64,000 nt of DNA from an uncultured virus (IMG/VR IMGVR_UViG_3300030061_000857) (taxonomy: Duplodnaviria > Heunggongvirae > Uroviricota > Caudoviricetes > Crassvirales), in IMG/VR virus record IMGVR_UViG_3300030061_000857; one strand, 5' to 3'. A program made the position numbers and the translations under genes. The notes under the pieces are model-generated. The model saw only the letters and a list, made by a program, of their open reading frames with translations, was not told the origin of the DNA and ran no database searches. Positions 47,507-57,874 of the stretch are shown piece after piece. Position 1 is the stretch's first letter. Every line of letters begins with the position of its first letter.

Positions 47507-49789
47507 ATGGGATACGATAAAATACCGAGGCAAAAGCTTTCGATTACTAAAAAAAATAAAAAATGGGGAGAGGAATGTGTAGAAGCATTCATAGATCTCT
47601 CTAGTTCTGGTGCTAGTCACAACAAGCAAAAGGACGATATGAAAATATTATATGACTACTATAACGGTGTAATTGACGAGGCAGATTATAAGTACGTACT
47701 AAAACCTTACGGCAAATCCCGTAAGAATTTTCCTTCTGAAATGCGTAACTACCCCATTATCAAACCCATAATTGATCTTCTTCTAGGGGAAAAATCTAAA
47801 AGACCTCTCAATTATACTGTTACAGTTCAAAACTCAGATTCTATTACCATGAAAGAACAGCAAAAGCAAGAAGCTATTGCTGCTAATTTAAGACAAAAGT
47901 TTTTACAAGAAGTACAAGCTATGGGTGTAGATATAGGTGCAAACATGGATGAGATACCAACACCTAAACACATAGCTGATATGTTTGAATTAAATTATGT
48001 TGATAATAGAGCTGTTTTAGGACAACAAGCTATGAATTATATATTTCAAGAACAAGAAGTATATGATAAAATACAAAAAGCTTGGTTTCACTATTTAGTT
48101 ACTGGAGAATGTTATACGCATAGAGGTGTAAGAAACAATGAGCCTTATTATGAAATACTAAACCCATTAGATGTAGACTATGACCTTGATCCAGATTTAG
48201 AATTTGTAGAAGATGGAGATTGGGCATTAGTTAGAAAGTATGTACATGCATCTACAGTTATTGATGCTTATTATGAAAGTTTATCAGAGCAAGAAATATT
48301 AGAATTAGAAGAGCCAAGACATTCTGAAACTGACATTTCTTTTTTATATGCTAACTCATCAGGTAAAGATGAAAATACATACAGAAATAGATTAATAGAA
48401 GTTGTAAATGTATATTGGAAGTCTAGAAAAAGATTAGGATTCTTAACTTACTTTGATCCTGAAACAGGAGACTTTGAAGAAGTAGAAGTTGAAGATGGGT
48501 TTAGAATGCCAGCAGAAATAAAAGATTTAGGGGGTAAATTAGAATTTAAATGGGTTAATGAAGTATGGGAAGGTACAAGAATAGATGGTAGAATATATGT
48601 AAATATAAATCCTATACTTAATCAAAGATTATCTTTAGAAAATCCTTCTAAATGTAAATTACCTATAAATGGTAGAAGATACTCAGACACAAATGCTAAA
48701 AATATATCTTTAGTAAAACTTGGTATACCTTATCAGTTAAATTACAACATTTACAAATACAGATTAGAACTTGCAATAGCTAGAAGTAAAGATATTATTG
48801 CACAGTTTGATATTAACATGATACCTAAAAAATGGGACATGGATAAATTTATGTACTACGTAGAAGGTACAGGTATTGCTTGGGTAGATTACAATAAAGA
48901 AGGTATACAATTAAATCCTCAGCATCAATCTGTATTAGACATGTCTATAAAAACAATTAACCAGTATATTACACTGCTAGAATCTATACTAGTAGAGTGG
49001 GAGAAAATATCTGGAGTAAGTAGACAAAGACAAGGTGAGATTGGAGCATACGAAGGTAAAGCATCTTCACAACAAGCTATATTACAATCATCACATATTA
49101 CAGAAGATTTATTTAGAAAGTTTGAAAGAATGGAGCAAAGAGATTTTCAAGCTCTATTAGATTATTCTAAAGAAGCATGGTTAACCGGTAAGAGAGGTAT
49201 GTTTGTATTACCTGATGGTACAACTGACTTTTTAGATATAAATAGTTTAGAATATATGGAAGCTAACTTTGGTATATTTGTTTCTGATGCAGGTAAAGAT
49301 CAAGAGAAACTGCAAAATATTAAAGGATTAACACAAGCTATGATGCAAAACGGTGCTAAGCCAGGAGATATAGCTGAGATGTTAGATTCTGATAGCTTTA
49401 CACAAATTAAGAAAAATCTTAAACTTGCAGACAAAGCAAATGCTGAATTAGAACAAGCACAGCAACAAGCTCAACAAGAAATGCAACAACAACAGTTGGC
49501 AGCACAAGAAATGCAATTAGAAATTGATATGCTTGAAAATGAAAAAGACAGACAAAAAGATATTGAGATTGCATTAATAGCTGCAGAAGCTAAAGATCAA
49601 TCAGGAGCTAATGCTTTAAATTTAGAAAAGATGGTACAAGACTTTGAACTAAAAAAGAGAGAGCTAGATTTAAAAGAGCAAGCATTACAATTAAAAATGC
49701 AAGGAGATATGGATTCTAATGCTGTAAAAAGAGAGGATATACAAACTAAAAAAGAAATAGCAAAACAGAATGCTAACAAATCAAGATAG
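47507..49789 (+). CDS. Portal protein
   Basis: 760 aa after TerL; NYPIIKPIIDLLLGE, WVNEVWEG, ISGVSRQRQG; Gln-rich coiled-coil tail as in crAss-like portals. Confidence 0.9.
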   Translation: MGYDKIPRQKLSITKKNKKWGEECVEAFIDLSSSGASHNKQKDDMKILYDYYNGVIDEADYKYVLKPYGKSRKNFPSEMRNYPIIKPIIDLLLGEKSKRPLNYTVTVQNSDSITMKEQQKQEAIAANLRQKFLQEVQAMGVDIGANMDEIPTPKHIADMFELNYVDNRAVLGQQAMNYIFQEQEVYDKIQKAWFHYLVTGECYTHRGVRNNEPYYEILNPLDVDYDLDPDLEFVEDGDWALVRKYVHASTVIDAYYESLSEQEILELEEPRHSETDISFLYANSSGKDENTYRNRLIEVVNVYWKSRKRLGFLTYFDPETGDFEEVEVEDGFRMPAEIKDLGGKLEFKWVNEVWEGTRIDGRIYVNINPILNQRLSLENPSKCKLPINGRRYSDTNAKNISLVKLGIPYQLNYNIYKYRLELAIARSKDIIAQFDINMIPKKWDMDKFMYYVEGTGIAWVDYNKEGIQLNPQHQSVLDMSIKTINQYITLLESILVEWEKISGVSRQRQGEIGAYEGKASSQQAILQSSHITEDLFRKFERMEQRDFQALLDYSKEAWLTGKRGMFVLPDGTTDFLDINSLEYMEANFGIFVSDAGKDQEKLQNIKGLTQAMMQNGAKPGDIAEMLDSDSFTQIKKNLKLADKANAELEQAQQQAQQEMQQQQLAAQEMQLEIDMLENEKDRQKDIEIALIAAEAKDQSGANALNLEKMVQDFELKKRELDLKEQALQLKMQGDMDSNAVKREDIQTKKEIAKQNANKSR

Positions 49790-51653
49790 GCGAAGAATTT
49801 TAAATCAAGTAAGATCTTCTGAATCTCAGGATATAATTGCAGCACTTAGAGGTCAAGTTTCTCCTGCACCTGAACAATCTGCCATGTCTACACCTGAACC
49901 TGTAAGTATACCACAATCACCTCAACCTATAGATGTAGATTTCCCAGAATCACCATCATTACCATCTAATTTAGTAGATAGTACTACATCTGAACCTACA
50001 CAACTAGCTAAAGAAGGAGGAGTAAAATCTAGAAATGGTAGTACTTATGTAATAAATAAGAAGGCAGTTATTACTGATCCTGTTAGAAATACTGAATACT
50101 TTTCAAAAACTCCAATGTATGAAGGACAACCGCATTCAACTCACTTAATGGCTGATGATGATAAGTTAACTGCTTGGGCAACTATATTTCAAGATAAACA
50201 AGGTAACTGGTTTGAAGGTGGACGTAAAGAAGCAGAGAAAAGAGGTGAAATATACAAGTTTGATACTAAAGAAGAAATGATTGATTTTGCTAGGAAAGGA
50301 AATTGGAAAAATGAAATAAACACTAAAAAACAAACTGGAGGACTTATTGATTTTATAACTGATCCTATTAGAAAACGTATAGCAGAAAATTTAGAGCCAT
50401 ATAGTTATGAAAAACCTTTAAAAAGATTAGCTGATGCAGTAATATTTAATAAAAAAGATCCTGAAAGATTAGATGCTGATGAAGCTAGATATGGTCCTAT
50501 GTGGTGGGCTGATAGAACTGATGACTTTGCATCTACTACTGAAAGAATGGATCTTTTAAATATGACAATGGGTCAACCTCAAAAATATAATAGTATTGCA
50601 AAGGCTATATATAAACCAACTAAAGCAAAAGATCCAGATGCAGAATATTATAGATCAATAGTAACAGAAAATAAAATTAAACAATTAATAAAAGATGATA
50701 ATTTAGTTCCAGGCTATGGATATGCAGGTGGAGTATTAGGAGAATTTAAAATACAAGAAGGTGAAGATAAAAAAGGTAAATACTATTCTTATTATGACAA
50801 ATGGGATTTAAATCCTCTTGATCATAGTATTGGAAGTCCAAAACTTAATGAACTAGTAGATAAAGTAACTAAAGCTGTAGGAATAACACCACCAGAAATA
50901 TATGGTAGAGTATATTTAAATGATTTAGAAGAAGAACAAACAGTTGGAGCCAAAGTAAATGAAGAAAGAAAAGAACAGTATAGATTAAATATAAAAAGAC
51001 TAGAAAAAGAGTTCTTACAGCAGTATGGATATAAAGCTCCTAAAGGTTATTTTTCTACAAACCCAGATTATGATGAAAAACAAGACGGTGGTCTTAGAAA
51101 CCATATGATGGAGTATATGAACTTTAGTGGTAGAGATACTAATAATGTAAATCTTGTAATGAATGCTATAGCTGAACATGAATCTAAAAATAAATTTGAC
51201 GAAATACAGGTATCACAAAAAGATGACGGTACATTATTTGATGGTCCTGGAAGAGGCTTGTTTCAATTTGAAATAGGTCCTAAAAAAGGAGCTAATACAG
51301 CTTTAAATAGAACAGCTAATTTTTTAAAAAATAATACAGATAAAACTATAAAAGATTTTACTAATATATATGACAAATATATTTCTAGTAACTCTCAAGA
51401 CTTTTCTACATTTAGTAAAGAAGATCAAGAGGGTATATTTATAGGAGATAAAATATTTGGAGGTCCTGAAAGACGAAATGAGTTTAACAAAGTAGTTAAA
51501 AGAGATACCCCTCCAACACAAGAAGAAGTTTTTATGTATTGGCTTAACAATCATAAAGGAAAAGTTAATGGTAAGTCTATAAAAAGTCTTACTAAAGAAG
51601 AAATAGCTACTGAAAGAAAAAAATGGAATGAAAGAACAAAGAACATTTTTTAA
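49770..51653 (+). CDS. Modular cargo-type protein with C-terminal lysozyme-like domain
   Basis: Pro-rich N-terminus, three GG motifs delimiting modules, YYDKWDLNP module, C-terminal AIAEHES...GPGRGLFQFE. Confidence 0.55.
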   Translation: MLTNQDRRRILNQVRSSESQDIIAALRGQVSPAPEQSAMSTPEPVSIPQSPQPIDVDFPESPSLPSNLVDSTTSEPTQLAKEGGVKSRNGSTYVINKKAVITDPVRNTEYFSKTPMYEGQPHSTHLMADDDKLTAWATIFQDKQGNWFEGGRKEAEKRGEIYKFDTKEEMIDFARKGNWKNEINTKKQTGGLIDFITDPIRKRIAENLEPYSYEKPLKRLADAVIFNKKDPERLDADEARYGPMWWADRTDDFASTTERMDLLNMTMGQPQKYNSIAKAIYKPTKAKDPDAEYYRSIVTENKIKQLIKDDNLVPGYGYAGGVLGEFKIQEGEDKKGKYYSYYDKWDLNPLDHSIGSPKLNELVDKVTKAVGITPPEIYGRVYLNDLEEEQTVGAKVNEERKEQYRLNIKRLEKEFLQQYGYKAPKGYFSTNPDYDEKQDGGLRNHMMEYMNFSGRDTNNVNLVMNAIAEHESKNKFDEIQVSQKDDGTLFDGPGRGLFQFEIGPKKGANTALNRTANFLKNNTDKTIKDFTNIYDKYISSNSQDFSTFSKEDQEGIFIGDKIFGGPERRNEFNKVVKRDTPPTQEEVFMYWLNNHKGKVNGKSIKSLTKEEIATERKKWNERTKNIF

Positions 51654-51746
51654 GAAGTGTTATATAATAAAGATAAAATCAAAAATATAAAAAAGTAAAA
51701 ACCAATTAAATTAAATACTAAATTTGTAAATTAAAACAATATATAT

Positions 51747-52847
51747 ATGGACCCAAATGAAAAAATACAATTAGACGATATTACCTTTGATGATGTTATT
51801 GGGGGTGATGGAGTTGACACAGTTGCTGAGGTAGAACCTATCGAAGAAGTAGCTGAACAAAAAGAAGAAGTAAAAGAAGAACCACAAGCTGAACTTGAAG
51901 ATATTGATGATGAAGAAGAGGAGCTTGAGGAAGAGACAGAGGACGAAGATGAGGAGGAAGAAGTAGAAGAAGAAGAAGAGTCTGACGACGAAGAAGTTGA
52001 ATCTACTGAAGATTCTACAGTTGTATCAGAAATATTAGATAGCTTAGGTTATGAAGGTGAATATGATGATACAGCAGAAGGATTAACAGCGATGACTAAA
52101 GATATAGCTTCTCAAATGGCAGACGAAAGAATTGATGAAGTTCTTGAGAAATTTCCGTTAGTTAAAAAACATATGGAATATGTATTAGCTGGAGGAGAAT
52201 CTCAAAAATTTATGAAAGCTTTTGATCCTACTTTAGATTATAATCAAATGGATATTGCAGAAGATGACTCAAGAAGTCAAAAAGCAATTCTTACAGATTA
52301 CTTTAATCAAAAAGGACACGATGGAGACTTTATCAAAGAAATGCTAGAAGATTATGAAGATTCTGGTAAATTATTTAAAAAAGCAGAAGCAGCAAAACAA
52401 GCTTTAGGTAAAGTACAAACACAGGAAAAAGAGCAATTAGTAGAACGACAAAGAGCAGAACTACAACAGCAACAAGAAAAGCAGATGGAGTTTTGGAATG
52501 GAGTTCAAGAGACAATTAAAGAATCAAAAGAGTTTGCAGGATTGCAAGTTCCAGAAAGAGAAAAAACAAAATTCTTTAACTATCTCTCGAAGCCGGTAAC
52601 TAAAGAAGGTTACACACAGCGTGATGTAGATCACTCTGAAGCTGAAATGGATGTAAAATTAGCTATAGATTATTTAATGTATAAAGGATTTAATCTAGAG
52701 AATATTATAAACAAGAAAGCAAAGACAACGGCTACGAAAACATTGAGACAAAAAATAGCTAAAAATGAGGAGACTGTAAAAAGTGCTCGTAAAAGATCAA
52801 CACGAAAGAAAAGTTTTGATTTAGATAATTTAGATCTCAATATTTAA
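51747..52847 (+). CDS. Capsid scaffold-like protein
   Basis: Very acidic N-terminus, coiled coil, basic C-terminus; directly upstream of the MCP. Confidence 0.7.
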   Translation: MDPNEKIQLDDITFDDVIGGDGVDTVAEVEPIEEVAEQKEEVKEEPQAELEDIDDEEEELEEETEDEDEEEEVEEEEESDDEEVESTEDSTVVSEILDSLGYEGEYDDTAEGLTAMTKDIASQMADERIDEVLEKFPLVKKHMEYVLAGGESQKFMKAFDPTLDYNQMDIAEDDSRSQKAILTDYFNQKGHDGDFIKEMLEDYEDSGKLFKKAEAAKQALGKVQTQEKEQLVERQRAELQQQQEKQMEFWNGVQETIKESKEFAGLQVPEREKTKFFNYLSKPVTKEGYTQRDVDHSEAEMDVKLAIDYLMYKGFNLENIINKKAKTTATKTLRQKIAKNEETVKSARKRSTRKKSFDLDNLDLNI

Positions 52848-52896
52848 AGATATACCTTAACAGGGAAATAGGTACCCTATAAAATTTTATAATAAA

Positions 52897-54342
52897 ATGG
52901 CAGTAAATGGAACAAATATAAGCGTTCAAAAGACGTTTTACAATGATTCGCAAATGACTGATATGAACAGTCTAGCAAATGCATTGTTGACTAAGCCTAC
53001 TGAACTGTCTCCAATTATTACTCATTTAGCAGGAAAAGACGATAAAAGATTCCCTCTATCTTTCTTAACAGAAGGAGTTGGTAACACTAAGTCTATTGAC
53101 CGATTAGAGTATGAGTATCGTGTGGCAACACATAGATTAAGAACGAGACCAGTGGCAACAGCAAATGCAAACGCAAACTTAGGTTTGGGTGGATCTTCTT
53201 TCGAATTAGAATTTCCTGACAAACACTTCGTATTCCCATATGTGTTAGTATCTCAATCAGGGGCACAAGCACGTATAATGAAAGCACCTGAGCAAGTAGC
53301 TGGGGGATCTTCATACAAGTATACACTACAGTTAGTTAACCCTGTAGCTTCAGCAACTTTACCTGCAGCCGATGCAGTAGCGGGAGCACTTTGGGCTCAA
53401 ATGTATGCACCTGTAGGAGTTGATTTCTCTAGAGGTAATGCTTCTAACTGGGAAACTCCAGGTAAAGTAAGAAACAAACTAACTACAGTTAGAAAATCTT
53501 ACCACATGTCTGGAAACGCTAAAGATTTTGTAGCAGAATTTTCTTTACCAACTAAAGGAGGATCTACTACTAAGCTTTGGATGGACTACGAAGAGTATTT
53601 ACACATGCTTGACTTTAAAGAAGAGTGTGAGTTGTACTACTGGTACGGTCAAAAAACATACGATGCAAACGGACATACTTTCATGAAAGATGAAAATGGA
53701 CAACCTGTAATCGTAGGTCCTGGTCTTTTAGAGCAAATCGTCAACACTGACACTTACTCTACAATGACTGAGACAAAACTTAAGAATATCATCGGAGACT
53801 TATTCTACGGAATGACTGATGCTTCTGTTAAACAAGTAACTTTATATACTGGAACAGGAGGAGCAAGAGAATTTGATGAAGCTCTTAAAAGCCACTTTTC
53901 AAATAATACTTTTAAAGTGGGAGGAGAAAACAGATTTATCACAGGTTCAGGACGTAACCTAGGATTAACTGGATACTTCACTACCTATGAGCATGTAGAT
54001 GGACACACGATCAATGTGGTAAAATTACCAATCTTTGATCATGGTGCCGTGGCGCAAGCTCGTGCAAAACACCCTACAACAGGATACTCTTTAGAGTCTT
54101 ACAGAATGGTATTTGTTGATCAATCAAATTATGATGGTCAAAATAACCTTCAAATGATTTCTAAGAAAGGTCGTGAGGCAATGAGATGGTGTGTAGCTGG
54201 ATCTGTAGTCCCTAGAGGATTCTCAGGATCTGATGCTAGAGCATCTGACATTGACGGGGCGTCTGTGCACATGTTAAAGACAGCAGGTATTGTGTTAAGA
54301 AGATTTGACACATCTATTGATATTACGTGCACAGCATCGTAA
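52897..54342 (+). CDS. Major capsid protein (crAss-like)
   Basis: 481 aa; FPLSFLTEG, RNKLTTVRKSY, GPGLLEQI, LYTGTGGAREF; synteny portal-scaffold-MCP. Confidence 0.9.
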   Translation: MAVNGTNISVQKTFYNDSQMTDMNSLANALLTKPTELSPIITHLAGKDDKRFPLSFLTEGVGNTKSIDRLEYEYRVATHRLRTRPVATANANANLGLGGSSFELEFPDKHFVFPYVLVSQSGAQARIMKAPEQVAGGSSYKYTLQLVNPVASATLPAADAVAGALWAQMYAPVGVDFSRGNASNWETPGKVRNKLTTVRKSYHMSGNAKDFVAEFSLPTKGGSTTKLWMDYEEYLHMLDFKEECELYYWYGQKTYDANGHTFMKDENGQPVIVGPGLLEQIVNTDTYSTMTETKLKNIIGDLFYGMTDASVKQVTLYTGTGGAREFDEALKSHFSNNTFKVGGENRFITGSGRNLGLTGYFTTYEHVDGHTINVVKLPIFDHGAVAQARAKHPTTGYSLESYRMVFVDQSNYDGQNNLQMISKKGREAMRWCVAGSVVPRGFSGSDARASDIDGASVHMLKTAGIVLRRFDTSIDITCTAS

Positions 54343-54377
54343 CATAGGCATTAATTTGCGTCTATATATTGGTTTTT

Positions 54378-54421
54378 GATTAAGGTTGTGGGGATTAATT
54401 TCCCCATGACTTTAGTCTTTA
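54378..54421 (+). terminator. Long hairpin after the MCP gene (terminator or stabiliser)
   Basis: GATTAAGGTTGTGGGGA/TCCCCATGACTTTAGTC 17-bp stem with G-U pairs on the + strand, followed by TTT. Confidence 0.6.
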
Positions 54422-54488
54422 ATCTAACTCAGTTAGGAGAGTTATTCTTTATATCCTAACAACTTAACCTTAAAAAAAGAACTGAATT

Positions 54489-55301
54489 ATGAGTAAAAAA
54501 ATAACAATTAGACAAAAGGAAATATTAAACCATTTGCCTAAAGCGGTAAGAGCTGAGGCCGTATCCAAACTCAGTAGTGTTTATGTAAATAGACAACCTT
54601 TAAAACCTTTTACCCCTGAAGAAGAAAAGAAATACATGCAAGGTATTTTAGATGTTAATCCTGATCACGTTGATTGGCCTAAATATTCTAAACAATACTG
54701 GGCAGAAATGACAATTCCTGTAGGATTTACTGGGGTAGAACTAGAAATAGGTACGGATGATAATGATATGCCTCTACAAATAGTAGACTATATTAAATAT
54801 AGATTTGCATTAAAACATCCTCATGTAGCTATGACTAAAAATGAAATGGATGCTGATTTTAACAAAAGATTTTATATTCAAGATTTAACAAGAGAAGATA
54901 AATCTAGAAACAATGAAATACAAATAAAGAAAGATGCAGATAAAGAATTTATTAAATTATCTTCTAGTCCTAAAAACATGAAGAGAGTTTTAAGACTTTT
55001 ATCTAATGTTAATCCTGATAGAATGACAGCAGATCAAATAGAAAATTCTTTATATGAAATTAAAAATTCAAATCCAAAGAAGTTTGTAAGAATTACTACA
55101 GATAAAAATTTAGAACTAAAAGCTGAGATTGAAGAAATGGTAACAGCTGGAGTTCTTAGAAAAATAGGAAACCAGATAATTTATATTGATGAAGTACTTG
55201 GCGAAAACATGGATAATGCAGTCGTCTACTTAAAAGATAAAAAGAACTCTGGAACACTAACAATAATGAGAGCTAAACTCAAAGAATTAGCATTAGTATA
55301 A
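54489..55301 (+). CDS. Conserved head-module protein following the MCP
   Basis: 270 aa; synteny with the crAss-like capsid block. Confidence 0.6.
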   Translation: MSKKITIRQKEILNHLPKAVRAEAVSKLSSVYVNRQPLKPFTPEEEKKYMQGILDVNPDHVDWPKYSKQYWAEMTIPVGFTGVELEIGTDDNDMPLQIVDYIKYRFALKHPHVAMTKNEMDADFNKRFYIQDLTREDKSRNNEIQIKKDADKEFIKLSSSPKNMKRVLRLLSNVNPDRMTADQIENSLYEIKNSNPKKFVRITTDKNLELKAEIEEMVTAGVLRKIGNQIIYIDEVLGENMDNAVVYLKDKKNSGTLTIMRAKLKELALV

Positions 55302-55302
55302 T

Positions 55303-56430
55303 ATGAATGTACAAGAAATGCATTTAGCAATACAGCAAGGAGTGGATAAAATAAATTCACTCCAAGCTGATTTGCTTTTATCACAAGAAATAGACATAGA
55401 ATTAAATAAATCTATGATGAGATTTATTAATACTAAATATGGTAGGAATAATAAATATAGAAAAGGATTTGAAGAGTCACAAAAACGTATTGATGATTTA
55501 AGATCATTAGTAAGAGAATATGAAGCACCTACACTTTTTAAAGAGGAACTAGGAGCTAAATTTAGTATTGATACTTTTACTTTACCTCCTGATTATCTAT
55601 ACTTAGTTAATACATTAGCTAGAGTACATAGAAATGACGCTTGTACTAAAATAGATTATTTTTTAAATGAGCCTATACCTTTATTATTTTTTACTATTTC
55701 ATTAGATACATTTGTTTGTAATAATAACTCTTCAATTGCAGATTCAATTATAATGTATGAAGATGCAAGCGATTTAACACAAGGATCAGCTATTGTATGG
55801 CAAAATAATAATAGTTATCAATTTCCACAGGATATAAATTCTGTTAGAGGAGATATACTAGATAACCCAGGAACAGGATTTACAATATACTGGGAACAGT
55901 TTGGAGAACTAAACTATCAAGGACAATTTATTGTAGTACCAGATCCAAATGTATTTCCTTGGTTAGAATGGGATGCCTCAGTAGGTACAGTAACAACTAT
56001 AGTTAATGTAGAATCTGGAGGAACGCATTTACAAAGTAGAGATCCTTATTATTCAGCAGCTAATTTAAAAGAAAAAAGAGTATTAACTGAAGAGCCTGTA
56101 GAAGTTACAGTAAGCAGTAAATTTGTTCAACAAGATGACATATTTACATTACTAACAGACCCTTTTAATACAACCAAACACACAGGACCAATATACACAA
56201 TACGTGGAAACACTATAGATGTATACACGAGTGATATATTTATAATAGACGCTTTGAAAATAACTTATATAAGAAAACCCTCTAAGATTTCATTATCTTT
56301 GGGGATTAGTTGTGAATTACCCGAACACTGTCATCAAGAGATAGTGGACATGACTGTGAGCAGCATACTTGAAGGGATCTCTGATCCAAGGTATCAAACT
56401 CACCAAATAGAGGTAAATAAAAATGAATAA
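55303..56430 (+). CDS. Tail ring/head-tail adaptor protein (tubular, P22 gp4-like)
   Basis: EIDIELN..., GFEESQKRIDDL, LPPDYLY, ITYIRKP...CELPEHCHQEIVDMTV. Confidence 0.75.
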   Translation: MNVQEMHLAIQQGVDKINSLQADLLLSQEIDIELNKSMMRFINTKYGRNNKYRKGFEESQKRIDDLRSLVREYEAPTLFKEELGAKFSIDTFTLPPDYLYLVNTLARVHRNDACTKIDYFLNEPIPLLFFTISLDTFVCNNNSSIADSIIMYEDASDLTQGSAIVWQNNNSYQFPQDINSVRGDILDNPGTGFTIYWEQFGELNYQGQFIVVPDPNVFPWLEWDASVGTVTTIVNVESGGTHLQSRDPYYSAANLKEKRVLTEEPVEVTVSSKFVQQDDIFTLLTDPFNTTKHTGPIYTIRGNTIDVYTSDIFIIDALKITYIRKPSKISLSLGISCELPEHCHQEIVDMTVSSILEGISDPRYQTHQIEVNKNE

Positions 56431-56450
56431 ATAATTTAAAAAATAAAAAA

Positions 56451-57389
56451 ATGGCAAGACATTTAATTATTGGAGACGGTACGGCATTTGGTGTAACCAA
56501 CGGGTTAGTAGATGACGGTGCAGTTTCTGTACAAAAATTAAGCGCATCTGGACCCACTGAGTTAGTTATTGGTGAGACTATTGTAGATGCTCCACAAATA
56601 AGAATAGTTGCAGGAGGACCTGACGGTTTAAATGTTGCAACTCCTTGGTTTTATGGTAAAGATGTAGTTGATTTTAGTGGTAAAGCATTTTCTGATGCAA
56701 CAGCACAAACTTCTACTATTTTACCAGTTACTACTAACGCAGCAACAGCAAAAGAAATTGAAGTTAAATTTGTAAGATCAAGCGGTCCTAGAACATCAGA
56801 GTCTTTTAAGTTTAGCGTAACAATTGCTGCAAGTGCAAACGTTACAAACTCTGGAACTGCAATTCACGATGCTTTTGAAGCTTTAGATAATATACCAGAC
56901 TGGTTAAATCCTTTAGCAGGAGATAACGGTTCAGGTACTGTTACTTTTTCAGGAGCAAAAAGAGGTGATACAGCTCAAAGTGGAAACACTTGGGACTATG
57001 AGCCTGTAGTATTTAAAGTTCTAGTTTCAATTAATCCAGAAACTACTCAGACTTACACAGTTACAAATCATGTAGTTGATGCAGACCCTGGGTACGGTGA
57101 TGGATTCGCAGTAAGAGAATATGAAAAAAATCAACAAGGAACATCTCATGGATTCTATTTCAGAGGACACTTACCACAGCAACCTACTTTTATGTCAGCA
57201 ACAGGTACGGATTATGACATGTACAACATTGTAGCAACTAAAGATGGATCTTCAAATTCTCAAATTCACGGAGTTGATAATTTAATAGAAATATCTATTG
57301 CTTTAAAAGAAGGCGATGCTGATAGTGCAGTTGTTGAGGCAAAATTAAACGGTTATTTTGCAGGAGTATTTCCAGCATTATCACTATAA
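56451..57389 (+). CDS. Structural protein (auxiliary capsid protein-like)
   Basis: Beta-rich; PGYGDG...YDMYNI; position after the ring protein. Confidence 0.55.
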   Translation: MARHLIIGDGTAFGVTNGLVDDGAVSVQKLSASGPTELVIGETIVDAPQIRIVAGGPDGLNVATPWFYGKDVVDFSGKAFSDATAQTSTILPVTTNAATAKEIEVKFVRSSGPRTSESFKFSVTIAASANVTNSGTAIHDAFEALDNIPDWLNPLAGDNGSGTVTFSGAKRGDTAQSGNTWDYEPVVFKVLVSINPETTQTYTVTNHVVDADPGYGDGFAVREYEKNQQGTSHGFYFRGHLPQQPTFMSATGTDYDMYNIVATKDGSSNSQIHGVDNLIEISIALKEGDADSAVVEAKLNGYFAGVFPALSL

Positions 57390-57418
57390 TTATTAACTTT
57401 TAAAAAAAATAGAATAAA

Positions 57419-57796
57419 ATGGCAAATCCAAAATTAACAACAGCACACGCTAGATACGACTTTTCAGTTGACGGTGGTGCTGCAAGTACAATTGTACCGT
57501 CTAATTCAGCAATCATTCCTGATAACGCAGTTATCGTTAGATGTTATTCTGTAGTTACTACAGCAATGACTAGTGGTGGTTCTGCTACTCTTGCACTTTC
57601 TGCAGGAGGAGTAACATTAAAAGCTGCAACAGCTTTTGATAATGGAGCTTTTGATGATGAGGACGTAACAGAACACTCTGTTACAGACAAAACTACAAGT
57701 GGAACAGGTATACAATTTACAATTGCAACAGCAGCTTTAACTGCTGGTGTAGTTGATGTATATGTTGAATACTACTTACTAGCAGAGTCTGCATAA
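57419..57796 (+). CDS. Small structural/decoration protein
   Basis: Ala/Thr/Gly-rich beta protein (IPDNAVI...LTAGVVDVYVEY). Confidence 0.55.
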   Translation: MANPKLTTAHARYDFSVDGGAASTIVPSNSAIIPDNAVIVRCYSVVTTAMTSGGSATLALSAGGVTLKAATAFDNGAFDDEDVTEHSVTDKTTSGTGIQFTIATAALTAGVVDVYVEYYLLAESA

Positions 57797-57818
57797 GCAG
57801 ATTCTTTAATATAAGACT

Positions 57819-57852
57819 TATAGGGGGCATTAGTCCCCCTATATATCTTTTT
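57819..57852 (+). terminator. Intrinsic terminator
   Basis: TATAGGGG(G)...CCCCTATA hairpin followed by a T-rich tract. Confidence 0.65.
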
Positions 57853-57874
57853 CTAATTTTAAAACAAATAAACT

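Noticed and set aside
51840..52020. GAA-rich repeat tract
   Set aside because: Simply encodes the acidic region of the scaffold-like protein.
38185..54342. Introns or inteins in polA, terL, portal or MCP
   Set aside because: ORFs are continuous and of ordinary length, with no obvious intein termini or homing endonuclease motifs.
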